Shown here: in pieces, positions 8,221 to 18,473 of the stretch | Position numbering within the stretch: position 1 is the first letter of the stretch | Layout of the letters: each line of letters opens with the position of its first letter | Source of the DNA: Nitrosopumilaceae archaeon | Lineage (GTDB): Archaea > Thermoproteota > Nitrososphaeria > Nitrososphaerales > Nitrosopumilaceae | Reading direction: 5' to 3' | DNA length: 62,632 nucleotides | NCBI GenBank assembly: GCA_033720715.1 | Contig: JAWWBZ010000001.1 | Coordinates: forward strand, 1-62,632 | Made by a program: the position numbers and the translations under genes | Notes under the pieces: model-generated | Databases searched by the model: none | Told to the model about the DNA's origin: nothing | The model's input: the letters and a program-made list of their open reading frames with translations, nothing else

Positions 8221-8937
8221 CTATTTGAAAATCGAAACTAATTCTGGTAAGGAAATTGTCGAACTAGATCTTATTGAAAAATCCATATCTGATGTCATTA
8301 TGGTCTGATCAGGATTTATTTCAATTAATGTTGCATTGTTTTGTTTAGCATAAATTGGAAGAGTATTTGCTGGTGATACAACAAGAGACGTTCCTGCAAT
8401 CACCATAACATCACAACTGTTTGCATGAATAATAGCTTGTTGCCAAACATCTTGTGGTAACGCTTCTCCAAACCACACCACATCTGGTCTTAAAATACCT
8501 CCACATTTACATAAAGGAGGAAATTTAGTAAACTCTGTAAAAATTTCTTCGTTAAAATTACATTCAGTACATTTTATTTTCACAATACTTCCATGCAATT
8601 CGAAAACCTTTGAACTTCCAGCTTTTTGATGTAACCCGTCAATATTTTGAGTTAAAACAATGACATCAACAAAATTTTCTAGTTCGGCTATTGCTTTATG
8701 TCCATCATTAGGAATTGCAGCAAAAATATTTTTTCTCCTTTCATTATACCACTCCCAAACCAATTCAGGATTATCGTAGAATGCATCAATTGTTGCTAAT
8801 TTCATAGCATCGTAATTTTTCCATAGTCCATCTTCACCTCGAAAGGTAGGTATACCACTTTCTTGAGATATTCCAGCACCTGTTACAAAGACAACTTTTT
8901 TTGCGGAAAGTAGTTTTTCAGAAATTTCTTTAATCAC
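8221..8937 (-). CDS. cobB: NAD-dependent protein deacylase, Sir2 family
   Basis: [22 protein letters not shown] and Zn-ribbon CTEC...CKCG motifs. 4-nt overlap with rnz. Confidence 0.9.
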   Translation of the reverse strand: MIKEISEKLLSAKKVVFVTGAGISQESGIPTFRGEDGLWKNYDAMKLATIDAFYDNPELVWEWYNERRKNIFAAIPNDGHKAIAELENFVDVIVLTQNIDGLHQKAGSSKVFELHGSIVKIKCTECNFNEEIFTEFTKFPPLCKCGGILRPDVVWFGEALPQDVWQQAIIHANSCDVMVIAGTSLVVSPANTLPIYAKQNNATLIEINPDQTIMTSDMDFSIRSSSTISLPELVSIFK

Positions 8938-9833
8938 TTTATCTCAATTTCAAGAAGGTCTTTGGCCGCAATAACCGAGTCATGAAATTTTTTTGCCTCT
9001 TCAAGATGTTGTTTTTCGTCCTTATACCTGGCTGAAAAATGGGTGAGGATCAAATTCTTTACATTTGCATTTTTTGCTAAGATAGAGGCTTCTTTGGCAG
9101 TTGAATGATGAGTTTCTTTTGCTTTTTCTTTAATTTCATCTAAAAATGTAGAATCAAAAACAAGAAAATCACAATTTTCAAAGAATTTTTGCAATTCTGC
9201 TGTTGGTTTGGTATCTCCAGAAATTCCAATTTTTTTACCGGGACGTTTTTCTCCTAACACTTGATTAGGTCCAATATTCTTCCCATTAATTGTAATTTGT
9301 TCTCCATTTTGCAATTTATTCCAAAGAGGACCTTCAGGTATTTCCAACTCTTTAGCTTTTTCTAAATTAAATCTTCCAGGTTTGTCTTTTTCATCAAATC
9401 TATATGCAAAAGCTGGTATCGAATGACTTGCTTTACAACAATAAATGGAATAAAATTTAGAATCAAAAACTTGACCTTCCTTAATTATTGAAATCATTAT
9501 TGGAAACGATAATCCAAAATTCAATACTCGAATATTTGATGAAATAAAATCATCAATTCCTTTAGGACCATAAATTTCTAAAGGTTCTTTTCTTTTTTGC
9601 ATTGTCATTGTTTGTAAAAGTCCTAAAATTCCAATACAATGATCTCCATGCAGATGAGTCACAAAAATTTTCATTTTTTTATTCCATCCTAAACCTGATT
9701 TGAGATAAGCAATTTGTGCTGCTTCTCCAGCATCAAACATCAAAACCTCGCCTTCTCTTTCAAGACAAATGCATGAAAGACTTCTATTTTCGGTAGGTTG
9801 TGCAGCTGAGGTTCCAAGAAATACTAGTTTCAT
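8934..9833 (-). CDS. rnz: ribonuclease Z (tRNA 3' endonuclease, metallo-beta-lactamase)
   Basis: 299-aa ORF with HLHGDHCIG motif and typical short-form RNase Z length. Confidence 0.9.
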   Translation of the reverse strand: MKLVFLGTSAAQPTENRSLSCICLEREGEVLMFDAGEAAQIAYLKSGLGWNKKMKIFVTHLHGDHCIGILGLLQTMTMQKRKEPLEIYGPKGIDDFISSNIRVLNFGLSFPIMISIIKEGQVFDSKFYSIYCCKASHSIPAFAYRFDEKDKPGRFNLEKAKELEIPEGPLWNKLQNGEQITINGKNIGPNQVLGEKRPGKKIGISGDTKPTAELQKFFENCDFLVFDSTFLDEIKEKAKETHHSTAKEASILAKNANVKNLILTHFSARYKDEKQHLEEAKKFHDSVIAAKDLLEIEIK

Positions 9834-10777
9834 TTTATCAGAATTGTCCTTGTCAAGCTTTTATGCCTATAGATATCATATGTTTTTGAAGGATTCATAT
9901 TCAATTTCTTTTCATATCCCTTCTTGCACATTATTGCAATTTTTTTTCGTCTTGGAAGCATGACTACAAATTTTTTTATTAATTCTTGAGGATTTTCTGA
10001 CGATTTTGAGGCCGTCCCATAAGGAAGATCGGTAACGATTCCATCAAATTTATCACTAATTGAAGTAAATTTACTAAAATCTCCCTTGATTAGTTTTGAT
10101 TTATACCCATTAAGGAGTAAATTTTCCTGAGAGATGTGATACATTTTTTCATCAAAATCAACTCCTATTGCTTTAATTCCCATGGATTCAGCCTCCAAGA
10201 GAATTGTTCCTGTACCACAGAAAGGATCACATACTGTTTCTCCCTCCTTTAAACCAATCAAATTAATCATTGCTCTTGCTAATTTCCAATCCAATTCGTG
10301 AGGATGAGTTCTTGCCTTTTTTGGTCTTGGATTTGGTCCATCCGGTCTTGAAAATCCAAAAAAATTCTCTTGATTGGTAAAAATTAAGTAAATGACAATA
10401 TCTGGATTTTCTAAATTCACTTCAACTGGAGCTAGTTTTGATATCATATCACCCATTGAGCTTTCTAATTCTGGAATATCAAATTGTTTTGATGATAAAT
10501 TGACTATTCTACAAGCAAAAGTTTTTGCATTTTTCAAAATTTCAAAATTCTCTTCACCTAAAAACAACCCTGACATTTTACGTAAGATTTGTCCTGAAAT
10601 CTTCACAAAAGTAGCTCGCCTTGTAATTTTCTCCCAATTTATTTTTGATTGAATAATTACTAAATTTGAAATTGATTTTGATTTTGCAAACCTATCATAT
10701 GTTTTAGCTATGGCATTAATTTCATCTTTTGCAAGTTCTAAATGGTCTTTAGATAACACAAAAAAACTTTCTGGCAT
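9830..10777 (-). CDS. THUMP-domain tRNA (guanine-N2) methyltransferase (Trm11/TrmG10-like)
   Basis: 315-aa ORF with SAM motif [14 protein letters not shown] and catalytic DLPYG. N-terminal THUMP-like region. Confidence 0.8.
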   Translation of the reverse strand: MPESFFVLSKDHLELAKDEINAIAKTYDRFAKSKSISNLVIIQSKINWEKITRRATFVKISGQILRKMSGLFLGEENFEILKNAKTFACRIVNLSSKQFDIPELESSMGDMISKLAPVEVNLENPDIVIYLIFTNQENFFGFSRPDGPNPRPKKARTHPHELDWKLARAMINLIGLKEGETVCDPFCGTGTILLEAESMGIKAIGVDFDEKMYHISQENLLLNGYKSKLIKGDFSKFTSISDKFDGIVTDLPYGTASKSSENPQELIKKFVVMLPRRKKIAIMCKKGYEKKLNMNPSKTYDIYRHKSLTRTILIK

Positions 10778-11649
10778 TATTTTAGTGCCTTTGCAATTGT
10801 GCTTGATACATCTACTACAGAAGTTTTACCAGGTATTGTATTTGCACTAATTATTTTTGAAACACCTGCTTTTCGTATTTTTCCTTCCGCCCCATTAATT
10901 AATAAAGCATGAGTGCATGCAACAAAAATCCTTTTGCATTTTTGTTTTTTCAAAAACTCTGTAGATTTTATTATACTCCCTCCCGTGCTAATCATATCAT
11001 CAACTATTATCAAATCTCTTCCTTTTACTTCATCAAGACCTTTTGTTTCAATCTGTACTTTACCGGTTTTCCTATCTCTTTTTTTATGCAAAGCAATAAA
11101 ATCAGAATTGAACAATTTTGCAAATTTCTTGGCCCTTTCTTTACCTCCTTGATCAGGAGAAATTACAAGAGGATTTTTCAGTTTAATTTTTTTGAAAAAA
11201 TTTACCAAATCAGGTATTGCTGTCAAATTTTGAGCCTTGATTTTAAAGTGTTTTAACCCAATTAGGCTGTGGATGTCCATCACAACCACTCTTGAGGCTC
11301 CAATTTGCTTGAATAATTTTCCAATAACCTTCATTGTAACAATTTCACCAGGAAGAAATTCTCTATCCTGTCGAGCATATCCCATGTAAGGAATAACCAC
11401 TTCAACCTGTCTAGACTGCTCTTTTACCTTTGCAATCAATGACAGAATTTGGATAAGGTTGGTATCCACGGGTGGATAGATGGACTGTACTACAATAGAT
11501 TTGTTTTTGGAAATTTTCCCCTTTAATGTAATTTTACTTTCTCCATCTGGAAATATCTTTACTTCAGATTTTACCAGATTAGCTTTAATTTTTTTTGAAA
11601 TTTTTTTCGCTAAATCCTCAGAGGATGCTCCTGCAATCAGACTTGTCAA
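10777..11649 (-). CDS. prs: ribose-phosphate pyrophosphokinase
   Basis: 290-aa ORF with PRPP-binding loop LIIVDDMISTGGS and an N-terminal Prs-type fold pattern. Confidence 0.9.
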   Translation of the reverse strand: MTSLIAGASSEDLAKKISKKIKANLVKSEVKIFPDGESKITLKGKISKNKSIVVQSIYPPVDTNLIQILSLIAKVKEQSRQVEVVIPYMGYARQDREFLPGEIVTMKVIGKLFKQIGASRVVVMDIHSLIGLKHFKIKAQNLTAIPDLVNFFKKIKLKNPLVISPDQGGKERAKKFAKLFNSDFIALHKKRDRKTGKVQIETKGLDEVKGRDLIIVDDMISTGGSIIKSTEFLKKQKCKRIFVACTHALLINGAEGKIRKAGVSKIISANTIPGKTSVVDVSSTIAKALK

Positions 11650-11696
11650 TAAAAGACCGTGTAGTGATGGGATTCTTAAGTTTTGAGAAATTGATA

Positions 11697-13430
11697 CTAG
11701 TCGTCTCCTTCTCCACGACCAATATCTCCAAGCCCGTAATCATCAATCACTTTATTTCTGTCTGCATCTCTTTGGCTAATTTCCTCATTTTCTCTCTTTT
11801 CATCTCCTTGATAGATTGTTCTAATAGGCCATGGAATTCTAATATCATATCTCTTGAACTCTTCATACATTATCATTCTTAGGTCTGTCATAGTTTTGAA
11901 TTGGGCACCGTAATCTTTAACATAAACCCACATTGAAAAATCCAATGAAGAATCATTAAAATCAGTAAATCTAACCACTGGTTGAGTAATATCTACATGC
12001 AAATCTTTGTCACAACCACAACTTTTCCTGTTCCTATCAAGGTATGGACATCGATTTTGTCTCACAAGGTGTCTACCTTTTGAATCAACAATTTCCTTCA
12101 TTCCGCGTTTTCCAACTTTAACCAAAATTGATGCTACTTGTTGAGGATTATTCAAGTATGAAACGCCAACTTTTACTGTGGCTGGAACAAGTTTGTTTTC
12201 TTTAGTGTAATTGATAATTTGTGAGGATACCAATTGTCTTGTTGGAATTACCGCAATCGATTCATGTAAGGCATCTCGAACATAGGTTACTCTTGGAGTA
12301 ATTTTGTGTACATATCCATTATAACCAGTATCTAATAGAATTCTATCTCCCTCTTGGAAAATCTTATCTTTTCTAATAATCAAATATGCAAAATAATTTT
12401 GCATTGTTTCTTGCATAGCTAATCCTAAACCAATTGAAAATCCTCCTGTTGCAGTTGCTAATACAAAAAGGTCAACTCCCCACCATGCAACCACTCCAAG
12501 AATAGTGGCCACAAAAATCCCAAGTGGTAAAATCTGTTTAACTGACTTTGGCATACCTTCTCTTTGTTTTCTTGCATATCCTGGAGGTCTGTTACTAGGA
12601 ATAATTGGTTCAAAATCATGGATCCGTTTTTCTTCCCTCCAAATATCTATTGGAAAAATCTCCTCTGGCTTCGCACCAGGTTTTAATTTTCTCCCAGATT
12701 GATTATTACCAGTAACGCAATTTTTGTAATATTTTTCATATTTCTCTCTCTCGGATTTTTTCCATTCTTCAAATGGGTTTTCAATTAATTTCTCGTAACT
12801 ACCTATAGGGTTCCCTTTTGAAGTTCTATATTCTTCTAAATGTCGAAGCCCTTCCTTTGTTTTTAGAAGTTTTTGAAATTCTTCCTCATCAAAATCATCT
12901 GGGGGAACATTTGGAGGAACCCATTTGAATAATTTATGGAACAGGTCTCCCTTATCATCGGAAAACCCACGTCTATCAATCCAAGCCTCAAAGTCCTCTT
13001 TTTCTAGAATAGATTTTTCTCGTTTGATTAAAACAATTGGAATTAATTGAGAAACAGTATAACCAATAACCAAAATGTTGAATGTATTTAGAATTTTAGC
13101 AAAGGTCGCCTCTGCAGAAAGAACTCCATCTGTTGTCCCATCTTGTACAAAAATCCCTGAAGTCTGGATATAGGCATTAGTAGAGGAGATTAAGGCGATT
13201 GCAAAAAAAGGGAGGACTGCTTTACGGATAAACCTGGATAGGTGGGGTCTAGAATAGTATATTTTTTGGGATGTTACCCACCCAGAAAATTTACTATATG
13301 CAAGAGAAATTCCTACAATACCTAATACCATAATAACAAAGGCTATCTGAAGAGATTCAGAGGATGCTAGAAGCTGGGACACGGTCTCAAATTGCCCTAC
13401 AGAAATCTGTGAAACGTCCTCCTCAGCCAT
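11697..13430 (-). CDS. mechanosensitive ion channel, MscS family (large form with a cytoplasmic insertion)
   Basis: 577-aa ORF with multiple TM helices, the pore-helix/beta-domain signature region GLGLAMQETMQNYFAYLIIRKDKIFQEGDRI, and a C-terminal alpha/beta domain. Confidence 0.8.
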   Translation of the reverse strand: MAEEDVSQISVGQFETVSQLLASSESLQIAFVIMVLGIVGISLAYSKFSGWVTSQKIYYSRPHLSRFIRKAVLPFFAIALISSTNAYIQTSGIFVQDGTTDGVLSAEATFAKILNTFNILVIGYTVSQLIPIVLIKREKSILEKEDFEAWIDRRGFSDDKGDLFHKLFKWVPPNVPPDDFDEEEFQKLLKTKEGLRHLEEYRTSKGNPIGSYEKLIENPFEEWKKSEREKYEKYYKNCVTGNNQSGRKLKPGAKPEEIFPIDIWREEKRIHDFEPIIPSNRPPGYARKQREGMPKSVKQILPLGIFVATILGVVAWWGVDLFVLATATGGFSIGLGLAMQETMQNYFAYLIIRKDKIFQEGDRILLDTGYNGYVHKITPRVTYVRDALHESIAVIPTRQLVSSQIINYTKENKLVPATVKVGVSYLNNPQQVASILVKVGKRGMKEIVDSKGRHLVRQNRCPYLDRNRKSCGCDKDLHVDITQPVVRFTDFNDSSLDFSMWVYVKDYGAQFKTMTDLRMIMYEEFKRYDIRIPWPIRTIYQGDEKRENEEISQRDADRNKVIDDYGLGDIGRGEGDD

Positions 13431-13568
13431 AACCCTTCCTTTTATCGTTGAAATGTCTTGAATACAAACTTTAGCTTAAATATATCGGATAATCATTGGT
13501 CAAAACCGTGATTTTAATTGGGCTTGGAAGGTGTAACCTTTAACAATAGTAACAAAGCATCGTACTAA

Positions 13569-14933
13569 ATGACCTATCAAGAAACTGTTTGGGATGAATC
13601 ACCATCGCTAAAATCTTATACATTAGCAAATTTTCGTGAGCTTCCACAAATACAGAAACTCCCCGAACAGACTAAATTTGAAATGGAAGTTGTAGGAAAT
13701 GTTTTGCCATTTAAAACCAATAATTATGTTGTTGAACAGTTAATTGATTGGAATAATATTCCAAATGATCCAATGTATGTTCTTACTTTCCCACAAAGGG
13801 AAATGTTGAAACCGGAACACTATGAAAAAATGGAAGCTGTTTTGAAAAACAATTCTGACAAAAAAGAAATCGCACAAACAGCTAATGAAATTCGTTTACA
13901 ACTAAACCCACACCCTGCGGGACAAATGGAGCTTAATGTCCCCACTCTTAAAGATGGGACAAAACTTTATGGAATGCAACACAAATACAACGAGACATGT
14001 TTGTTTTTCCCAAGTCAAAGTCAGACATGTCACGCATATTGTAGTTTTTGTTTTAGGTGGCCTCAATTTGTTGGAATGGATGAAATGAAATTCGCTATGA
14101 AGGAAGGTGAGCAACTAGTTCAATATCTTACTGAACATCCTGAAATTTCTGACGTATTATTTACTGGTGGTGATCCAATGATAATGAAAGCAAAAATTTT
14201 CGAAAAATACGTTGATATTCTAATTGAAGCTAAATTACCAAATCTTAAAACAATAAGAATTGGATCAAAAGCATTATCTTATTGGCCATACAAATTCCTC
14301 ACTGACTCAGATTCCCAAGAAATGTTGGAAACTTTTAGAAAAGTAACTGATAATAATTTGCATCTTGCTTTTATGGGCCACTTTAACCATTTACAAGAAT
14401 TATCTACCAAAGCTGTAAAATCGGCAATAGATGCAGTTAGAAAAACTGGTGCCCAAATCCGAACCCAATCACCAATATTGGCACATATCAATGATGATGC
14501 TGAAATGTGGGCTAAAATGTGGACTAAGCAAGTTCAGTTAGGCTGTATCCCATATTACATGTTTGTTGTTCGCGATACTGGCGCCCAACATTACTTTGGA
14601 ATACCTCTTGTTAAAGCACAGAAAATTTTTAGAAAAGCATATGCTTCAGTAAGTGGGTTAGCTCGAACGGTAAGGGGGCCTAGCATGTCTGCAACTCCAG
14701 GAAAAGTACATGTACTTGGAGTAGCTGATATGTCCAACCAAAAAGTAATAGTCCTAAGATTTTTACAAGGAAGAAATCCCGATTGGGTTCAAGTACCATT
14801 TTTTGCAAAATATGATGAAAACGCTATATGGCTAGATGATCTTAAACCAGCCTTTTCTGACAAATTTTTCTTTGAAGATGAAATGAAAAATTTCAAGAAA
14901 ATCCATCCAAATGATGATTATCCAGAATCTTAA
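13569..14933 (+). CDS. KamA-family radical SAM aminomutase (lysine 2,3-aminomutase-like; substrate not determinable)
   Basis: 454-aa ORF with radical SAM cluster motif CHAYCSFCFRW and KamA-type C-terminal region (IPYYMFVVRDTGAQHYF). Confidence 0.85.
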   Translation: MTYQETVWDESPSLKSYTLANFRELPQIQKLPEQTKFEMEVVGNVLPFKTNNYVVEQLIDWNNIPNDPMYVLTFPQREMLKPEHYEKMEAVLKNNSDKKEIAQTANEIRLQLNPHPAGQMELNVPTLKDGTKLYGMQHKYNETCLFFPSQSQTCHAYCSFCFRWPQFVGMDEMKFAMKEGEQLVQYLTEHPEISDVLFTGGDPMIMKAKIFEKYVDILIEAKLPNLKTIRIGSKALSYWPYKFLTDSDSQEMLETFRKVTDNNLHLAFMGHFNHLQELSTKAVKSAIDAVRKTGAQIRTQSPILAHINDDAEMWAKMWTKQVQLGCIPYYMFVVRDTGAQHYFGIPLVKAQKIFRKAYASVSGLARTVRGPSMSATPGKVHVLGVADMSNQKVIVLRFLQGRNPDWVQVPFFAKYDENAIWLDDLKPAFSDKFFFEDEMKNFKKIHPNDDYPES

Positions 14934-14964
14934 AATTTTACCTGACAATATTGACAAATCTAAC

Positions 14965-14984
14965 TTACTAATCCACATTAGTAA
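14965..14984. promoter_or_regulatory. perfect inverted repeat TTACTAAT-CCAC-ATTAGTAA upstream of glnA (candidate operator, or kamA-side terminator)
   Basis: Read directly. 8-bp arms, 4-bp spacer, ending 22 nt before the glnA TTG start. Confidence 0.3.
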
Positions 14985-15006
14985 AACAATATCTGAATAT
15001 AATTAG

Positions 15007-16452
15007 TTGAACGCTGATCAAGTACTTCAAACAATTAAAAATGAAAATATCACCTTTCTTAATTTCTGGTTTGTAGATATTTTTGGAGAATTGCATAGAC
15101 TTGGAATGCCTAGTTATGCAGTCGATAAAGATAGTTTCAAAAATGGGTTAGAAAAGCTAGATGCAAGTTCGATTGTTGGATTCAAATCCGTAAATAATTC
15201 TGATATGATTTTAAAACCTGATCCTAAATCATTTAGAATTTTACCTGCAGATTATGACCAAGGAAATAGGAAAAATGCAATATTATTTTGTGATCTTTAT
15301 GAAGGAAACACAGTTGATGAAACGCGCTATAATAGAGATTCAAGAGGTATTGCTTACAAAGCCTCTGAACAATTGAAAAGCTTTGGATTAACACACACTA
15401 ATTGGGGACCTGAAATAGAATTTTTTGTTTTTGATACAATCAATGTTTATCCATCTCCTTACGCTGCTACCCATTCATATGGGGGTTCTGGGTATTCGAT
15501 TGAATCAAAAGAATCTCCTTGGGCAAAAGGAAATGTAAGTACAGCTATTGATATCAAAGAAGGGTACTATCCATCCCAACCTAAAGATACTCTAGAAACT
15601 TTTAGAAAAGACATCTGTGATGATCTCTACAAACATTTTGGGATAAAAATTGAGGCAGAACACCATGAAGTAGCCACATCAGGCCAATGTGAGATTAATC
15701 TGGTTTATGATGAAATGATTGCCATGGCTGACAATGTGGTGGCAGTCAAAAACATCGTAAAAGTGAAAGCAAAGCGTAAAAATAAAGTTGCCACCTTTAT
15801 GCCCAAACCGATTTTCGGTGATAATGCATCCGCCATGCATACCCACCAAAGTTTATGGAATGATTCTGTCAATGTAATGTTTGATCCTGGAGATCCAGTT
15901 GCACAAATGAGTCAAAAGGGAAGATATTACATTGGAGGAATTTTAGAACATGCATCGGCATTATGTGCAATAACTAACCCAACCACAAATTCCTATAAGA
16001 GACTGGTTCCAGGTTTTGAAGCACCAGTAAATGTGTGTTGGGGGATGGGAAATCGTTCAGCTGCAATAAGAGTCCCAATGTATTACAGAAATCAAGAGAA
16101 GAGTAAGAGAATCGAATATCGTGTACCAGATCCCACGGCGAACATTTACTTACTAGAAGCAGCATTGTTATTAGCAGGTCTAGACGGAATTAAAAATAAA
16201 ATTGATCCTGGAGATCCTGTAGAAGAAAATGTATACAAATTAACTCCAGCAAAAAAACGTGAATACAATATCGGAACTCTTCCAGTTTCTTTGAAAGGAG
16301 CTCTTGATTCTCTAAAAAGTGATCAGAAATTCTTAGAGGAAGTTTTTACAAAAGATTTTCTTGATAAATATACAGAATTAAAATACAAAGAATACACTGC
16401 ATTTGCCCAAACTCCAACTGCCTGGGAAGTCTCAATGTATGCAGATGCTTAG
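15007..16452 (+). CDS. glnA: glutamine synthetase, type I
   Basis: 481-aa ORF from TTG. Beta-grasp N-domain and catalytic domain motifs (GPEIEFFVFD, HHEVATSGQCEI, NASAMHTHQSLW, NSYKRLVPGFEAP). Confidence 0.9.
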   Translation: MNADQVLQTIKNENITFLNFWFVDIFGELHRLGMPSYAVDKDSFKNGLEKLDASSIVGFKSVNNSDMILKPDPKSFRILPADYDQGNRKNAILFCDLYEGNTVDETRYNRDSRGIAYKASEQLKSFGLTHTNWGPEIEFFVFDTINVYPSPYAATHSYGGSGYSIESKESPWAKGNVSTAIDIKEGYYPSQPKDTLETFRKDICDDLYKHFGIKIEAEHHEVATSGQCEINLVYDEMIAMADNVVAVKNIVKVKAKRKNKVATFMPKPIFGDNASAMHTHQSLWNDSVNVMFDPGDPVAQMSQKGRYYIGGILEHASALCAITNPTTNSYKRLVPGFEAPVNVCWGMGNRSAAIRVPMYYRNQEKSKRIEYRVPDPTANIYLLEAALLLAGLDGIKNKIDPGDPVEENVYKLTPAKKREYNIGTLPVSLKGALDSLKSDQKFLEEVFTKDFLDKYTELKYKEYTAFAQTPTAWEVSMYADA

Positions 16453-16538
16453 ATAAAAAATTGACCACAGGAAAAATTCAATTTTAAATTTAATAAATTG
16501 CTAAAACATTTTTAAAATGAAGTTCGCTTGTTTGATCA

Positions 16539-17195
16539 TTGAATCTAATAATTTTTCTTTTAGTTTTAATAGTCATTTCTGGGTATACTGGAATTGCCCA
16601 TGGACATACAATTGATTCCGTAGGCGATTATAGGTTGGAAATTGGCTGGATGAATGAACCAGTTGTATCAGGGGAAACCAATGGTATTGAGCTTTATGTT
16701 AGTCCTCTTCTCCCTTGCCCAGAAATCCCAGAATTAACAAAATGTGCAGAGTCCCAATCATTTCATAATGGAGTATCAAATTTAGATGAAACTTTAAAGA
16801 TGCAACTAGTTCTAAAAGATCAAAAAATTACTCTTCCACTAAAAGAAGATCATAACGTTCCTGGAAAATATTATGCGTTTGTAAATCCAACTGTGGCAGG
16901 TTTCTACCAAGCAAATATTTTAGGAAATATTGGAGAAACCAAAGTTAGTCTTTCTATGCATCCACCCAAGGTAGATGAAAGAGGATACATTGAATTTCCC
17001 GAGTCCTCAGACCTTACATTAAACCAACTAATCGATGGGCATACAGCATTGCTTGAAGATGTAAATGATTTGAATGATAAAGTATCCAAGCTAGAAAAAA
17101 CGAACCCACAAAATAATCTTGGTTATGTTGGTATTGGTCTAGGAATTATGGCAATTGCCATTGCAGGTATATCCATTGCAAAATCAAAACGATAG
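16539..17195 (+). CDS. secreted protein with C-terminal TM anchor (hypothetical)
   Basis: 218-aa ORF from TTG. Signal peptide ends ...GIAHGHT, and the C-terminal hydrophobic helix is followed by KSKR. Confidence 0.55.
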   Translation: MNLIIFLLVLIVISGYTGIAHGHTIDSVGDYRLEIGWMNEPVVSGETNGIELYVSPLLPCPEIPELTKCAESQSFHNGVSNLDETLKMQLVLKDQKITLPLKEDHNVPGKYYAFVNPTVAGFYQANILGNIGETKVSLSMHPPKVDERGYIEFPESSDLTLNQLIDGHTALLEDVNDLNDKVSKLEKTNPQNNLGYVGIGLGIMAIAIAGISIAKSKR

Positions 17196-18470
17196 TTATT
17201 TTCTTTTATTATAAACAAAATAGAAAACTACGCCCGAAGCAATAATTCCAAGACCTACAAGAATAATTTCTAATTCAAACTGAATTGCCATGTATATTGT
17301 GGCACCTAAACCAAACAATGGTAGGATTGGAAATTTGCCTATATTGATAGGGACCCTATAGGGTCTTGCAACATCGGGTTTAACATATCTTAAAAGAATT
17401 ACAGCCAAGTTGATCATTGAAAAAGTTACAACAACTGCAAAAACTACAATGTGTGCTACAATCACTATATCTCCAATGAAGGAAAACCCAATTGCTGTGA
17501 CAAGGATCAGAATTACCGAAATCCAGGGGGTTTTTGTTTTATGGTGAATTAATCCTAACTTGGATGGTAACGACCCATCTCTTGCCATTCCATAAAAAAT
17601 TCTTGCTCCTGCTACCAATGTAATCAATATTGTACTTGCCGTAGCAAAAAGCGCAATTACTGACAAAATTAAATGACCTTGTTCTCCAAGACGTTGCTGA
17701 GCTACAAAGGCAAGTGGGGCAGAAGACTCTGCAAGCTGTTCCCATCCAACTATTCTAATTGAGGCAAAAGAAACTAGAATGTAAATTATTGTGGAAATTA
17801 ACACTGATAACATTATCCCTCTTGGCAAGGTTCTTTGAGGTCGCTTTACCTCTTCAGCAACATTTGCTATATCTTCAAATCCAATAAATGCAAAAAATAC
17901 CAAAATAAAAGCCAGAACTATTCCATTAACCCCCATTGGATTTTCAAAGTAATCTAGTTCTTCTTCCATAGGAAACGAAAATCCAACAAAAATAATGATT
18001 CCCAAACCACTAATTGTTATAATAGCAAAAATTGTATTTGCCCATGCTGATTCTTTTATTCCAATAAAATTCACAAAGGATAAAATTCCAAGGATTGCCA
18101 AAGCGGAAATTAAAATTGGAACCTTTGTTAATTCTTCCATATACCCACCAAAACCCAAAGCAACGGTGGCAGCTACAATAATTGATGTCAAAATTGTTAA
18201 CCAGCCAACAAGGAAACCAATAAAATCACTGCGAAAACCTTCTTTTACAAAAACATATTCAGCAGCTGCTCTTGGAAATAATGCAGATAATTCTGAATAG
18301 CTCAACCCAGCAAATGCTGCTACGATAGCTCCAAGAATAAATGAAATCCAAAGAGCATTGCCTGCAAAACCTGCAGCTTCCCCAATCAGAACGTAAATTC
18401 CAGCTCCTAGGATTAATCCTACCCCATACATGGTTAGATGAAATAATCCAATATGTCGACTAAGGGACAT
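17196..18470 (-). CDS. amino acid permease, APC superfamily
   Basis: 424-aa ORF of about 12 TM. N-terminal motif typical of the APC family (MYGVGLILGAGIYVLIGEAAG). Confidence 0.85.
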   Translation of the reverse strand: MSLSRHIGLFHLTMYGVGLILGAGIYVLIGEAAGFAGNALWISFILGAIVAAFAGLSYSELSALFPRAAAEYVFVKEGFRSDFIGFLVGWLTILTSIIVAATVALGFGGYMEELTKVPILISALAILGILSFVNFIGIKESAWANTIFAIITISGLGIIIFVGFSFPMEEELDYFENPMGVNGIVLAFILVFFAFIGFEDIANVAEEVKRPQRTLPRGIMLSVLISTIIYILVSFASIRIVGWEQLAESSAPLAFVAQQRLGEQGHLILSVIALFATASTILITLVAGARIFYGMARDGSLPSKLGLIHHKTKTPWISVILILVTAIGFSFIGDIVIVAHIVVFAVVVTFSMINLAVILLRYVKPDVARPYRVPINIGKFPILPLFGLGATIYMAIQFELEIILVGLGIIASGVVFYFVYNKRK

Positions 18471-18473
18471 TCT

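Noticed and set aside
13488-13495. Idea of a TTATCAA/GATAATCA regulon: half-sites related to the amt palindrome were also seen at 13488 (kamA/mscS spacer), 24398-24410 (upstream of the cyclase), 26629-26638 (PII/cupredoxin spacer) and 52120-52190
   Set aside because: The 7-8-mers are AT-rich and recur in several unrelated spacers, so they are expected by chance in this composition. Only the full 22-bp palindrome at 34914 stands out. A genome-wide matrix scan is needed before claiming a regulon.
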